A stretch of DNA of 61,777 bases, counting the filler, from Chiloscyllium plagiosum (Eukaryota): the NCBI RefSeq assembly GCF_004010195.1. It is 3 parts of one record of this genome, joined end to end, with 100 filler letters (N's around TTAATTAATTAA, not from the genome) between each part and the next. Parts side by side here need not be neighbours in the genome. Positions count along the whole stretch, not along the records: positions 1 to 25,336 come from NC_057711.1; 2 more parts are not named here. One strand, 5' to 3'. Below, in pieces: positions 1 to 12,160 of this stretch (position 1 is its first letter; each line of letters begins with the position of its first letter). A model generated the notes under the pieces. It saw only the letters and a list, made by a program, of their open reading frames with translations. It did not search any database and was not told the DNA's origin. The position numbers were made by a program, and so were the translations under genes.

Positions 1-77
1 TATGCCCGAAACGTCGATTCTCCTGTTCCCTGGATGCTGCCTGACCTGCTGTGCTTTTCCAGCAACACATTTCCAGC
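1..77 (+). mobile_element. Penelope-like element pLTR fragment (family A), truncated by window start
   Basis: GCCCGAAACGTCGATTCTCCTGTTCCCTGGATGCTGCCTGACCTGCTG; same repeat at ~3410, 16280, 26105, 57340, 59060 (rc), 61690 (rc). Confidence 0.75.
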
Positions 78-1208
78 TCCCCACAATATTAATTGAATTA
101 CTGGATTGGTAGTCTAATGATAACACAACTAGGCCATTGCCTCCCCATAGACTACAGCCTCATAGATGTGATTCCTGGAGTTAACCCATCTGTGTGACTG
201 TATCTGAGGCTTTCCCCCCTTCCTATAACTGCCATCCATCACATACTGTTACTGTTGCAAATTCCTCATTGCTTCTGTCTCTCCAACCGATCCACTCGAT
301 CTGATAAGATTCGCAACCAACAGCATTTATGGCAGATACAATCCGCAGTAACCCTTAAATTCTCTTTAAACTCCCACATCTGACAAGAAGCACATATCAC
401 TCTACTAAAGGCCATTTTTGCTCCATCACAAGCTACAGACTCAGAAAATAACACCGTCTTATTCCTCTACAAACACTGCCCCAGGTTAAATTAATGAGTT
501 TGGCTTAAATTTTAACTTTAATCAAGAAACTTATCTCCAAAAACATATAATCAAGAAATAACCCACTCTACTCACTACTGCAGACTTTCTGTAGATCACT
601 TAAAACAATCCACTTATCTGATTCTGTGCTGTGAACTTCGCCCAACCAGTTACTCCAAGATCAGTTGTGAATTTCACTGTTTGTTAATTTTCCTAGATAC
701 ATGAATTCAAACAGCAAGGGCAGTGTCAGTTTCTTTCTCTCTCTCACTCTCTCCTGCACTGGCCTCACCATGTGCTTCCTTTGTCTGCTCTTCTCCCCTT
801 TAAAACTGCTGTTGTTTTGACTTTTTTTCCAAAGTTCCAAAACAATGCAACAGCATATAAAACAGTAATTGCTGCTCCTGGAATTCAAGGAAATCACCTC
901 CTGCACCTAAAATGCCTCAAAAAAAGAGCAGCTGTTACAGCCAGAAATTTTTCCCCTCCTCCATCTTGGATTACCCAGAATCCAAAGTGGATTGGTTGGA
1001 GATACAGTTAGAAGCAATGAGGAATTTGCAACAGTAACAGTATGTGATGGATGGCAGTTATAGGAAGGGGGGAAAGCCTCAGATACAGTCACACAGATGG
1101 GTTAACTCCAGGAATCACATCTATGAGGCTGTAGTCTATGGGGAGGCAATGGCCTAGTTGTGTTATCATTAGACTACCAATCCAGTAATTCAATTAATAT
1201 TGTGGGGA
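78..1208. repeat. Perfect 199-bp inverted repeat (arms 78-276 and 1010-1208)
   Basis: Arms are exact reverse complements by direct reading; diverged extension 277-297 vs 985-1004. Confidence 0.9.
190..975 (-). mobile_element. CR1 LINE 5' end (5'UTR + ORF1 N-terminal zinc finger)
   Basis: ORF 266-454: MAFSRVICASCQMWEF...CICHKC...RVDRLERQ, typical CR1 ORF1 CxxC..CxxC plus coiled coil. Confidence 0.75.
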
Positions 1209-1495
1209 CTCAGGTTTGAATGTGATCATGGCAGATGGTGGCATTTAAATTCAACAAAGAAGCTGGAATTAAGGGTCTAATGATGACCATGTAATGCATT
1301 GATAGGGGAAGGGAAAACCCATCTGGTTCACTAATGCCCTTTAGGAAGGAAATTGCCACCTTTACCTGGTCTGGCCTACATGTGACTCTTGACCCACAGC
1401 AGTGTGGTTGGCACTTAACTGTCCTCTGGGCAACTAGGGATGGACAATAAATGCCGGCTCAGCTAATGACACCCTCAACCATGAAGGAATAAAAG
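1143..1495 (+). mobile_element. tRNA-derived SINE, second family (tail GGGCAATAAATGCTGGCC-like)
   Basis: Head GGAGGCAATGGCCTAGTTG and body AAACCCATCTGGTTCACTAATG; related copies at ~10075, 38610, 45810, 46105. Confidence 0.65.
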
Positions 1496-2819
1496 GAAAA
1501 CTTAATGGTTGTTTTGGAATTTGTGAGTGTAAACTGATGAATCTGATCTGTACTCTGTGTATTACAAATAACCAAAGGATCATGCTATCAACCAATTGCT
1601 GATGTCAGACTACTCGTATATCCAGCGCTTGGTTAATAGATAATGGAAATTGATACAAAATCATTCATTTTTCATTGTTATCCCTCAGTCAATCATAGTA
1701 GTTAATCCCTTCTTGCTTACCTCCACTGTAGGACCCAGCAGATCATTACCATTAATTATAACCTCAACTCACAGTAGCAAGCAATTACTTGTTCCAAATT
1801 AGATTCTTCATGTTTCTAATTTGCTGCATTATGACAAGCCAATGTATTGTTTTGTTACAGAGCAGTGGAGACAGACTGCGCTGAGATATAAAGAGTGAAT
1901 TTTATTTAATGCTGCTGATTTAATGACCATTTGGAGGCTGATAGCTCGTGCGCCAAATAAATTGACACTGAAGGACTGGCTCTATTCCCCAGGCTGTGAT
2001 TATTTCTTGTTTGTGGACATTGTTTGCACTGAACAAAGATGCAGCATTATTACCTGACTGATTCCATCAGTGCAGCAAGGAGTTGTACAGACAGGCTGAC
2101 TCACCCTAATCAAAGAGTTATAGACTAGCTCATTCACTCTAAGTAATGAAATTGAAATCTGTGGTCTATCAGCGATCACAGTCATTACTTATCTAAAAGG
2201 TAACAATGGATATTCTGGTGGAGTGCGCACAGAAGTCAATCACAGGTAGCAGTGCAGTTTTATAACACAGCTGACACTGGGAAAAGCATACTGATGACAG
2301 CTTTCAAAGCAAACTTAGTCGTAGCCTTTGAGCTGACTTAGAGGACAAAACCTCTAATGCGAATGTTACAAATTATGGTCAAATCACTCATTTTGTTGTT
2401 GAAGAGAGCCTGATTGCAGAGCTGAACTGCGTGAGAACAATGTGGACTGAAAATCAGAGAGTTAAACGTGGAGCTAAAATCACAGAGGAATTACAAAAGC
2501 AGCAGCCCATTCTGCCCAGATTTTCTGTACTGGCTCAGTGAAGGAGCTAACCAATGAGTCAAACTCTCTTTTCAAACTTGGATCTTTTCCCTTTTTGAGT
2601 GCATATTCAACTCCCATTTGAAAGTTACCATTGAACATGCTTCCACTAGCCTGTCGGGCAGCATGTTCTGGGTCTGAACAGCTCAGAAGCAAATTAAAGT
2701 GACCCAATTTCCTTTCACAAATGACCCAACCTCTCAGATTTTTAACATTCCTTGACCTTATTATTTGCTTGTAATAAATCCATTAAAGTACATTATGAAT
2801 TTGAACACTTCTGTTATAA

Positions 2820-3325
2820 GCATAAGGTCATGAGAAATAGAAGGAGAATCAAATTGTTCAACCCCTCTAACCTGTTCTGCTGTTCAATCAGATCATGGCT
2901 CATTTGCTTATGATCTGAACTCCACTATCCTGCCTAAATTAGATTAACCCTTAACTCTTGATTCGCTGGCTAATCAAAAGTCTAGCCTCCATTGCTTTCT
3001 GGAAGGGAGTTCCATACATTTCTGGCTCTTTGAGAGAAGAATTCCATCTCATCTCCACGCTAAATGGGACGCTGTTTATCTGCAGACTCTGCCCCCATTT
3101 CTAATTTCTCCCATGAGAGCAAACATCTTCCCGATAACGATCCTGTCACAACCCCTCAGAGCATTTATAATAAGATCACCCACAATTCTTTGAATCTCAA
3201 TGAGTGTATGCCCATGCTGCTCAACATTTCCTTCCATCCCAGGAGTCAGCCTAGTGAACCTTCTGTGAACTGTTTCCATTGCAAGTTATTCACTCCTTAA
3301 GTAAGGAGATGAGACTGTGCACAGA
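2820..3325 (-). mobile_element. Degenerate CR1 LINE 3' end
   Basis: Minus frame METVHRRFTRLTPGM...RIVGDLI, CR1 ORF2 C-terminus. Confidence 0.7.
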
Positions 3326-3329
3326 GACA

Positions 3330-3522
3330 ATCAAATTCAGCACCACCTTCCTAACCTGCGAATATCTTAGTCTGCTGGACCAACTTTCCTCATTCCTGAA
3401 GGAGGGCTAATGCCCGAAACGTCGATTCTCCTGTTCCCTAGATGCTGCCTGACCTGCTGCGCTTTTCCAGCAACACATTTCCATCTCTGAACTCCAGCAT
3501 CTGCAGACCTCACTTTCTCCAC
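3330..3522 (+). mobile_element. Penelope-like element fragment (family A pLTR)
   Basis: CATTCCTGAAGGAGGGCTAATGCCCGAAACGTCGATTC...CAGCATCTGCAGACCTCACTTTCTCC. Confidence 0.75.
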
Positions 3523-3961
3523 AGAGACAATCCCACCAATTCCCTGCTGAACTGCAACAGAGTTTCCCTTTACATTCACCCACCCTTAGAATAGAGGCTA
3601 ACATTCCATTCGCCTTTTTAATTACTCGCGGCGTCTGTATGCTAGGTTTTTTTGTCATTGATACACAAGAACACCTCAATCCTTCAGTCCAGAAGCATCT
3701 ATAGTCTCTCCCCATTTAAATAATATTCTGAAACGACAACAGAAATTGCTGGAAAATCTCAACCTCTGGCGGCAACTGTGGAGAGAAAGCAGAGCTAACA
3801 TTTTGGGTCCAGCGACCCTTGTTCTGAAAATAGAAGCAGACACAGAATCATAGAAAATTTTTAAGGCAAATATGGACACATTCTTGGTCATCTATGATGT
3901 TATTGAATGGTCACATAGGCTCAAGGAGATGAGTGGCCTAATCACATTCTTAATCAATAGG

Positions 3962-4312
3962 TTAAAAATCACACAACACCAGGTTATAGTCCAACAGGTT
4001 TAATTGGAAGCACACTAGCTTTCGGAGCGACGCTCCTTCATCAGGAGCCTTCATTGGAGGGCTCGATCGTAACACAGAATTTATAGCAAAAATTTGCAGT
4101 GTGATGTAACTGAAATTATACATTGAAGAATTGATTGTCTGTTAAGCCTTTCATCTGTTAGAATACAGTGATAGTTTCACTTCTTCCACGTGTAAAACAC
4201 AAAACCCTTTTTTTTAAAAGTTGCATTCTCGGGTTAGCTGTTAACAATGGTGATAGCTAGACAATATGTTGAAGGTGTTAGCCCCCTGTGTTCTCTGTCT
4301 ATGTCTGAATCA
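3962..4312 (-). mobile_element. Short PLE-derived element (family B) with 12-bp TSD
   Basis: TSD TTAATCAATAGG at 3950-3961 and 4313-4324; near-identical to 9327-9647. Confidence 0.75.
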
Positions 4313-4324
4313 TTAATCAATAGG

Positions 4325-4560
4325 GGTGGCATGGTGCCTCACAGTGTGAAGGACTTGGGTTCAATCCCATCCTCGGGTGACTGTCTGTGTGGAGTTTGCA
4401 TATTCTCTGCATGGGTTTCCTCCCACAGTCCAAAGATGCATAGGTTAGGTGGATTAGCCTTGCTAAATGTTTGCATTACAGGGCAGGATAGTCTGCAGAG
4501 GCATTGCAGATTCGATGGGATGAATGGTTTCTGTCTGTCCTGTAGGGACTTTGTGATACT
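4325..4560 (+). mobile_element. HE1-like V-SINE (diverged)
   Basis: V-domain GTGTGGAGTTTGCATATTCTC...CCCACAGTCCAAAGATG. Confidence 0.75.
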
Positions 4561-5429
4561 TCTATTCATTGGTGTAATTCTATTCATTGCAATGCAAAAT
4601 GATGTCATTAGCTGTAAAAAGGTCTGGATGTCCTTAGCTTCTCAATCCCATTCAGCAACCCCTTAAATAAAGTCGCCACCACCCACCCAACACACTCTCT
4701 GCATCAATTCAATAACTTGTCCTTTCTTTTGCTCTCATTAATTGTCGGATAAAGTGATTTAGCCTGTTCTTTCAACCACGACCTGAACCGCATCGCATCA
4801 GCAGACCTCGTGTGACAGTATCTATTCAACAGCTCCCTGTTACATCAACAGGTCACCACTGCTGCTTAAGAATGACTGGAGATGCCAGAGAACTCATTTG
4901 CCACCTTTGTGTGGATTCACTTTTCAAAAAGAAAGCAAAATTAAGACCTTCAATGACGAAAGTATGTAGGTCGCACTTTACTCTGTAGGAACCCAGAACA
5001 AAAGCAAACCTCAGGCAACATAAAATATTCATACCACATGCAGCTTTCCCAGTGGTTGGACGGCATGCTACATTAAATCGGCGTGGCCTCCGACTGTTCT
5101 GGGCATGTCCCAAGTTAAATATCATTTTGAAAAAAAAGAAAGGTAAATTTTGCTGTAATACTCACTTAGCATTAGTTTCTTAACCCTTCCCAGAGGAAAA
5201 GAAATATTGAACTGTTGCGGTAAATGTTGAGGACATACACACAGAGTGAATCAAGAATCATACCAATTGTCCCGTTAATGCAATAATTATCTTGGAATTA
5301 AGAAAACATCAGTCTACTCATTAAGTAGAAAATGAGACCAAATTAATAAAGTTCAAATCTCTTTCCAAAGAGTTATGTTCACTATTGCTTTGAATTATTT
5401 ATTCAATTTGACCACATATCAATAACTCT

Positions 5430-5990
5430 GAACAAAGAACAAAGAAAATTTACAGCCCAGGAACAGGTCCTTCGGCCCTCCAAGCCTGAGCCAATCCAAA
5501 TGTACTGTCTAAACCTGTCACCCAATTCCTAAGCATCTGTATCCCTATGCTCCCCACCTACTCATACATCTGTCCAGATGCATCTTAAATGAATCTACCG
5601 TGCCTGCCTCTATCACCTCTGCTGGCAACGCGTTCCAAACGCCCACCACCCTCTGTGTGAAGTACTTGCCACGTATATCCCCCTTAAACTTTCCACCTCT
5701 CACCTTGAAAGCATAACCTCTCGTTATTGAATCCTTCACCCTGGGAAAAAGCTTGTCTGCATCCACCCTGTCTATACCCTTCATGACTTTGTAAACCTCA
5801 GTCAGGTTCCCACCTCAATCTCCCTTTTTCTAGTGAAAATAAACCTAACCTACTNNNNNNNNNNNNNNNNNNNNNNNNNNNNNNNNNNNNNNNNNNNNNN
5901 NNNNNNNNNNNNNNNNNNNNNNNNNNNNCCAGATCTCTCTGCCCATCAACTTTTCCCAAGGCTCTTCCATTCATTGTATAATTCATTCTA
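5430..5990 (-). mobile_element. CR1 (HER1-like) LINE 3' end, spans N gap 5855-5928
   Basis: ORFs ...LGLFSLEKGRLR, MKGIDRVD...YFTQRVVGVWNALP. Confidence 0.85.
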
Positions 5991-6019
5991 GAACAGCCTT
6001 CTCTGCAATAGCCTTCTCA

Positions 6020-6490
6020 TCACCACATTACCAAAAGGTTGTGGATGCTTTGGAAAGGGTACAGAAAGGATGTTACCTGGTATGTGGGATTTTAGCTATG
6101 AAAAAAGTTGGACTGGGTTTGTTTTCACTGGAACACAGGAGGGTTAAAGGGCAACTTGACAGAAGTATGTAAGATTGTGAACGGCATGGATAGAGTGGAA
6201 AACATGAGGCTTCTTCACAGACTGGAGGGGTCAATTTAGTAGGGGGTCAAGGTGTAAGGTGGGGTTGGGGGAAAGTTTAAGATCCATGAGGCACATTTTT
6301 AAGGGGGGTGAGTGTCTGGAATGCACTGCCAGAGGAGCTGGTGGAAGCAGACAGAAAAGCAGCATTCAAGAAGCACCTGAACAAATACATGAATAGTAAG
6401 GGAATTGAGGGAATGGGGGGATACAGATCCTGTAAGTGAAGACAGTTTTAGTAAAGGGCAAAATGTGTCAGCGCTTTGATTGAGCTGAGG
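6020..6490 (+). mobile_element. Degenerate CR1 3' fragment
   Basis: GGATGCTTTGGAAAGGGTACAG...TGGAATGCACTGCCAGAGG similarity to other CR1 ends. Confidence 0.7.
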
Positions 6491-8050
6491 GGCAAGGTGG
6501 CAGTACCACACATATCCCCTGCAGCCGTTGTTGGATGGGGCCGTTCAGATGACTCACCAGTTCCACAATGAAGAAGGCCGATGCACACAAACATGCAGGA
6601 GATCACAGCACGCATGGTCTGGATGGACTCCCCCAGTATTTGAACTAGGACTCAGCGAGTCTCTGTGATCTTTACCAAGACTTCAACAGCCTTGTGCTGA
6701 ACATTTAGTATCAGCCACTTCACAGCTGAATCCGGTGTGTTGTCATCAGTCTGGGGTTCAGCACTGGGGTCCTAACTCTCCACCGGATACCAGTCACCTC
6801 TGCAGTCCACAGAGTAGGATTCCAATCAGTTTCGGCCTCCGAGCTTGCTTCTAATCCCATACCCATCAGGGGGTCACTGTCCAGTTCATGTAGGGCTTAT
6901 TGGAGGGTGGGAGTGAGGGCATGATTGTGGTGTTATATCCTCTGAAGCCTCAGAGGTAGACAGATGTCTTTCAGAGTGACAGCTCTCTGTTCTTGTGAGT
7001 GACTTGACCCTCCAGAGAACAGTGCAGGCTGCAGCTCTGACAGATATCTGTTTATTAGATGGTGCGACCATCTCTCATGCTTGACTGATGCCTCCCCCTG
7101 CTCACTCCTAATGTGAATCCCTCTCAGCTGTTTGACCTCTGGCCCCACCTTCCATGGTAAAATGACCACCCTGGTATACAGCAAGATCCTACAGTATGAT
7201 CATGCTTGACACTACCACTGATCTGAGTCGGTATGTTACCAAGTGGGAATTGGTTGGCCAAACAGTTGGTTTGCAGTGCAAAATGACACCAACACCTCAG
7301 GTTCAATATCCCCACTGGCTGAGGTTACTGTGAAGGACTCTTAATCTCTCCTGTCACTGGAGGTATGGTGGTCTCAGGTCCCAGTCATCTCTCTCTCTCC
7401 AAAACCCTACAGTGATTTTACCTTCATTTTTTTCATGCAACAGGTTGACATCTTTTATATTTTTTATGCTTCATTCATGTATTGAATGTATTTAGTTCAC
7501 ATATTGAGATACCTATAGTGTATTCATGTACTTGGAATGTCTGATCAGTGCTAATGTCAATTGGCATCATTGTGTCAACAAACAAGATAACACTTAGTGC
7601 AAGACTCACAGCAGGCAATCTATCTTACAAAACAAATGGACTGAACCACAACACAGGCAGCAAAGCAGAGGTTATTTACTGGGTCTATTCAAAAATACCT
7701 CGATTAATGTCAAGAAATGAACTTCCATGACTGAACTACAGTAACATCTTTTGATCAACATTGGATTATTTCTCCAACAAATTCAGAGTTACAAAATGTA
7801 ATTGATAGTTATGGAACATAAATTATGCAGGTTAAAGTAATTCAAGCCATTAACAATAGTACAAGCCCCAGACATCATTTACAAGGGAATTTCCTAAGCA
7901 TCTCTGTCCCCCACCCCCACAATAGTCCAACCATCCAAACAGGTTACAATCCATAGTAATTGTTTTTTGTATCCAGGTGCTGGAGCGAAAGTCTAGCATC
8001 TAGTGAGTCCAATGGCCAATATAAAAATCGGCTGATTTTAATTTCTATTA

Positions 8051-8225
8051 AGTTAAAAATCACACAACACCAGGTTATAGGCCAACAGGTTTAATTGGAA
8101 GCACTAGCTTTTGGAGTGTCGCTCCGAAAGCTAGTGTGCTTCCAATTAAACCTGTTGGACTATAACCTGGTGTTGTGTGATTTTTAACTTTGTACACCCC
8201 AGTCCAACACCGGCATCTCCGAATC
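8051..8225. mobile_element. Fold-back (palindromic) PLE family B element with 12-bp TSD
   Basis: Arms 8051-8115 and 8121-8188 reverse complementary; TSD TTAATTTCTATT at 8038-8049 and 8226-8237. Confidence 0.8.
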
Positions 8226-8552
8226 TTAATTTCTATTGATTTGGTATTCTACTGTTCACAAATGTTGCATCATTTTTCTTTTTAACATCAATATTCTAAT
8301 TGCACAGAAATATTGTTGGAACAGGAATGTAGATTCTTTATTTGAAGATGAGACTAAATGTAGATAGATTTTTTGGAAGGCTAATCATAGTTTCTCTCAA
8401 CTGTAACCCATTTTTTCCCCAAATGACTTACTGGCCATGAGACTATTAAATCAGCTCCTGTTGAGGTATGCAAATGGGTTGACAGCAATTTAATATGTAC
8501 ACCCTTAAAGATACATGCACACCACTCTACCATAACAATCTCCTTTTAAGCA

Positions 8553-8762
8553 TAAATTGCTGGTGAAACTCAGTAGGTCTGGCAGCATTTGCTGGAAGAA
8601 AGCAGAGTTAATGCTTCAGGTCTCCTGACCCTTCATCAGAACGCATCAAGTCAAAATGTTAACTCTGCTTTCTTCCCACAGATGCTGCCAGACCTGCTGA
8701 ATTTCTCCAGCAATTTTTGTTTTTGATTCAAATCTCCAGCATCCGCTGTTCTTTGCTTTATT
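8553..8762. mobile_element. Fold-back PLE-derived element (family C)
   Basis: AATTGCTGG..CTCAG..GGTCTGGCAGCAT..GCAGAGTTAA and its reverse complement flank a degenerate CTGATGAAGGGTC core on the minus strand. Confidence 0.7.
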
Positions 8763-9326
8763 CCTTTTAAACATTTCCTGTACTTTGTGAGTGCAACAAC
8801 CTTGTTTTGTTTATCGAATAGAAGGACCCTCTACTTCTGACGAGATGTAGCAAACCTGGCTAGTGTATTAGGTGCATCCTAAATTGGATTTACACATCAG
8901 ATATGCTTCCAGAATAAATAGATCTAACTTGTCCTTCACAAGTGCATTCAGGATATTTCATTTATGTGTCTGAAGCACTTTGTTAATCTGTTTCATGAAC
9001 TTCAGGTTTAATTGTCTCTGTTTCACTCCTAACAGGAAACGTGAGCTACTGGTCACAGATATCAGGGAACTGAACTCTGAAGAAGAGTCACTAGAATCAC
9101 AGAGTTTTATAGTACAGGAGGCCACTCGACCCATCATGTCTGTACTGGCTCTTGAAAGAACACCATGAGTTCTTTTCCTAATTAGCAACCTCTTATGTGG
9201 CATCGTGTTGAAGGCCTTCTGGAAATCCAAATAAATAACATCCACTGGCTCTCCTTTGTATAACTTTTGATTACACCCTTTAAGAATTCCAACAGATTTG
9301 TCAGGCATGACCTCTCCCTGATGAAG

Positions 9327-9647
9327 TTAAAAGTCACACAACACCAGGTTATAGTCCAACAGGTTTAATTGGAAGCACACTAGCTTTCGGAGCGACGCTC
9401 CTTCATCAGGTGATTGTGGAGGGCTCGATCGTAACATAGAATTCATAGCAAAAATTTGCAGTGTGATGTAACTGAAATTATACATTGAAAAATTGATTGT
9501 CTGTTAAGCCTTTCATCTGTTAGAATACAGTCATAGTTTCACTTCTTTCATGTGTAAATCACAAAACCCTTTTCTTTAAAGTTGCATTCTCGGGTTAGCT
9601 GTTAACAACCCGAGATAGCTAGACAACCGGCATCTCCAAATCATGTC
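9327..9647 (-). mobile_element. PLE family B element with 13-bp TSD (1 mismatch)
   Basis: CTCCCTGATGAAG (9314-9326) / CTCCTTGATGAAG (9648-9660). Confidence 0.75.
9378..9412 (-). ncRNA. Minimal type I hammerhead ribozyme motif (intact core)
   Basis: Minus strand CAC-CUGAUGA-A-GGAGC-GUC-GCUCC-GAAA-GCUA-GUG: stem I CAC/GUG, 5-bp stem II, palindromic AGCU stem III, CUA cleavage triplet. Confidence 0.75.
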
Positions 9648-10074
9648 TCCTTGATGAAGCCATGCTGACTCAGCCCTATTTTACAATGCACTTCCAAGTA
9701 CATCAGCGTTTTTATCCCTTTGCAGATCCTCACCTCTACCACACAGATTCTACAGCTTCCTACTTCTTGCCATGATTTAATTTCATTTCTAACTAACAAG
9801 GCAACCCCAAACCCTCCATCCTTTTGATAAGACGTGCATCTTGGATATTTATTTTTCATTCCTGGTGAAGGGCTTATGCTCGAAACAACAATTTTTCCGC
9901 TCCTCGGATGCTGCCTGACCTGCTGTGCTTTTCCAACACCACACTCTCGACTCTGATCGCCAGCATCTGCAGCCCTCACACTCTCTTCTTTATTTCTCAG
10001 CCCTGTTCTCGTATCTCTGTGATACCCATGACATCATACCCATCAATTTCAAAATGCGTTTTTTTTAAAGTTCA

Positions 10075-10410
10075 TTCATTGGAGGAGGACATTTCTGGCT
10101 AGGCAGCATGTATCGTCCATCCCTAATTGCCCGGAGGGCAGTTAAGAGTCAGCTGTGGGACTGGAGTCATATATCGGCCAGACCAGGTAAGGATGTCAGT
10201 TCCTCTCTCTAAAGAACATTAATGAAAAAGATGAGTGTTCTGACAAACTGACAATACAGTCATGCTCAACATCAGACTCTTAATTCCAGACTTTTACATA
10301 ATTCAAATTCTACTATCTGCCATGGTGGCATTCAAATCCATGTCCTCAGAACACGATCTGGGTCTCTGGACGAACAGTCAAGTGATAATACCACTAAGCT
10401 GTCACCTCCC
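10075..10410 (-). mobile_element. tRNA-derived SINE, second family
   Basis: Reverse-complement similarity to 1143-1495. Confidence 0.65.
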
Positions 10411-10414
10411 TTTA

Positions 10415-11320
10415 ACAAGATCATTTACCTTGTTTCATATACTCCAAAGATTTAAATACAACAGCCTCAGTCCTGTACTGACTGCCCCTTTGATCCCCTT
10501 CCCTTTCTTACCATTATCCCCTCATCTGCTGTGCATGAAGTTAGATTCCTGACTCTTTCCATCCTCTCTGTCTCATTGCTTGTTCTAATAACTTCTACTG
10601 AGCCCTCCCTGCCTTTAACGTTTTCCATTATTTTCCATGCAACTGAACTCATCCATCCAGAGATTATTGCTTCTTTGGGTCTATTTCTCTTAATTTAGCC
10701 CCTCCACCTGCTCATATTCCCTCAGCAGAACCTCTTTCCTCTTTCTGCCTATATCATTGGAACCGACGTTGTCCACGAAAACTGGAGCTTTCCCCTCCCA
10801 CTCCAGGTCCCTCTGCAGCCCAGCTGAGAGATCCTGAACCCGGGCACCAGGCAGGCAACACAGACTTCCAGACTCTCGATCCTAGACACAGAGAACAGAA
10901 CCTATTTCCCTGACTTTACTGTCCCCAATTACAAGTACATTTCTCTCTTCTCCTCCTTGTTGAAGGGCTCCCTGTATCACAGTGCTCTGGTCAGTTTGCT
11001 CCTTTTCTCTACAGCCTCCACTCTCATCCACATTGTGAGCAAGATCTCAAATTTCTTGGACAAGCTCAAGGGCTGAGACTCCTTCAGCACTCCCTCCTGG
11101 ATCCTTCTATCTGCCTCGTTCCTGTCCCTGACCACTGACTGAATTTGAGGTAGTTAATCTGAGGGGTGTGACTGCCTCTTGAAACACAGCATCCAGGTAA
11201 CCGTCCCTCTCCCTGATATGTTGCAATATTTACAGCTCAGCCTCCAGCTCAACAACTCAGAGTCTATCAGCTCCCACATCATACAGGTGCGAAACAGCAC
11301 CTAGCCCTGCATCTCTATTT
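10415..11320 (-). mobile_element. Degenerate CR1 ORF1 and ORF2 start
   Basis: Colinear similarity with 42930-44190 (esterase and zinc-finger regions). Confidence 0.65.
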
Positions 11321-11865
11321 TAATTACGTAGTGCTTAATTTGATTTTTAAAGATTTCCTACTGGTCTTTTACTTTGTAACCTGTAAATATTTCCCCTTTT
11401 TAACTTTAATCTGAAAATAATCTATTGTTATAATAGATAGTCAAACTAGTAGGTACTGGTAACCAAATAAAAATTGATGAATTGTGGATGATAGAAAAAG
11501 AAAAAAATTGCTGGAAAAGCTTAGCAGGTCTGACAGCATCTGGAAACAGAAATCCATAGTTTTCAGGAAGGGTCACTGGACCCGAGAAATCAACTCGGAT
11601 TTATCTTCACAGATGTTATCAGACCTGCTGAGCTATTCTCGCAACTTCTGTTTTGGTTGTAGATATTACTAACCAATGAACCTGCAACTTTCCTGTGCTG
11701 TCAATCTTTCTTCCATGCTGGGGCCCCAATCCTAGGCTTCAATTTATCCTGTTTAAAGGAACCTTGCAAACAATGAGCCAAAAAAGCACCTTTTACTCTC
11801 TGCCTCGAATTCCCACGCTGCCTCCAAATTCCCTGAACTATGTACGCGTTTGGGCTATATCTTAC

Positions 11866-12160
11866 ACGGTGGCTCAGTGGTTAGCACTGTTGCCTTACAG
11901 CACGAGGGTCCCAGGTTCGATTCCAGTCCTTGGTTGACTGTCTGTGCACATTCTCCCTGTGTCTGCGTGGGTTTTTCTCCAGTTTCCTCCCACAGTCCAA
12001 AGATGTGCAGATTAGGTGAATTGGCTGTGCTAAATTGCCCGTAGTGTTCAGTGCATTAGTCAGAGGGAAATGGGTCTGGGTGAGTTACTCTTCAGAGGGT
12101 CGGTTTGGGCTGAAGGGCCTGTTTCTGCACTGTAAGGGATCTAATCTAATCTAACCTAAT
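11866..12160 (+). mobile_element. HE1-like V-SINE
   Basis: A box GGTGGCTCAGTGG, B box GGTTCGATTCC, V-domain, (ATCTA)n tail. Confidence 0.9.

Larger units (their letters stand above)
9165..9710 (-). mobile_element. CR1 RT fragment interrupted by PLE family B insertion
   Basis: ORF 8958-9308 VDVIYLDFQKAF; CR1 sequence resumes at ~9648. Confidence 0.8.

Noticed and set aside
4780..5125. Possible exon(s) in unique sequence
   Set aside because: Several frames are partly open but none is recognisable, and splice signals are unconvincing.
6500..7240. GC-richer stretch, possibly a Harbinger-like transposon remnant (similar impression at ~50950-51460)
   Set aside because: No TIRs, TSD or catalytic motif could be shown, so left uncalled.
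11866..11935. tRNA-like A/B boxes
   Set aside because: Heads of HE1-like SINEs, each continuing into the V-domain; not tRNA genes.
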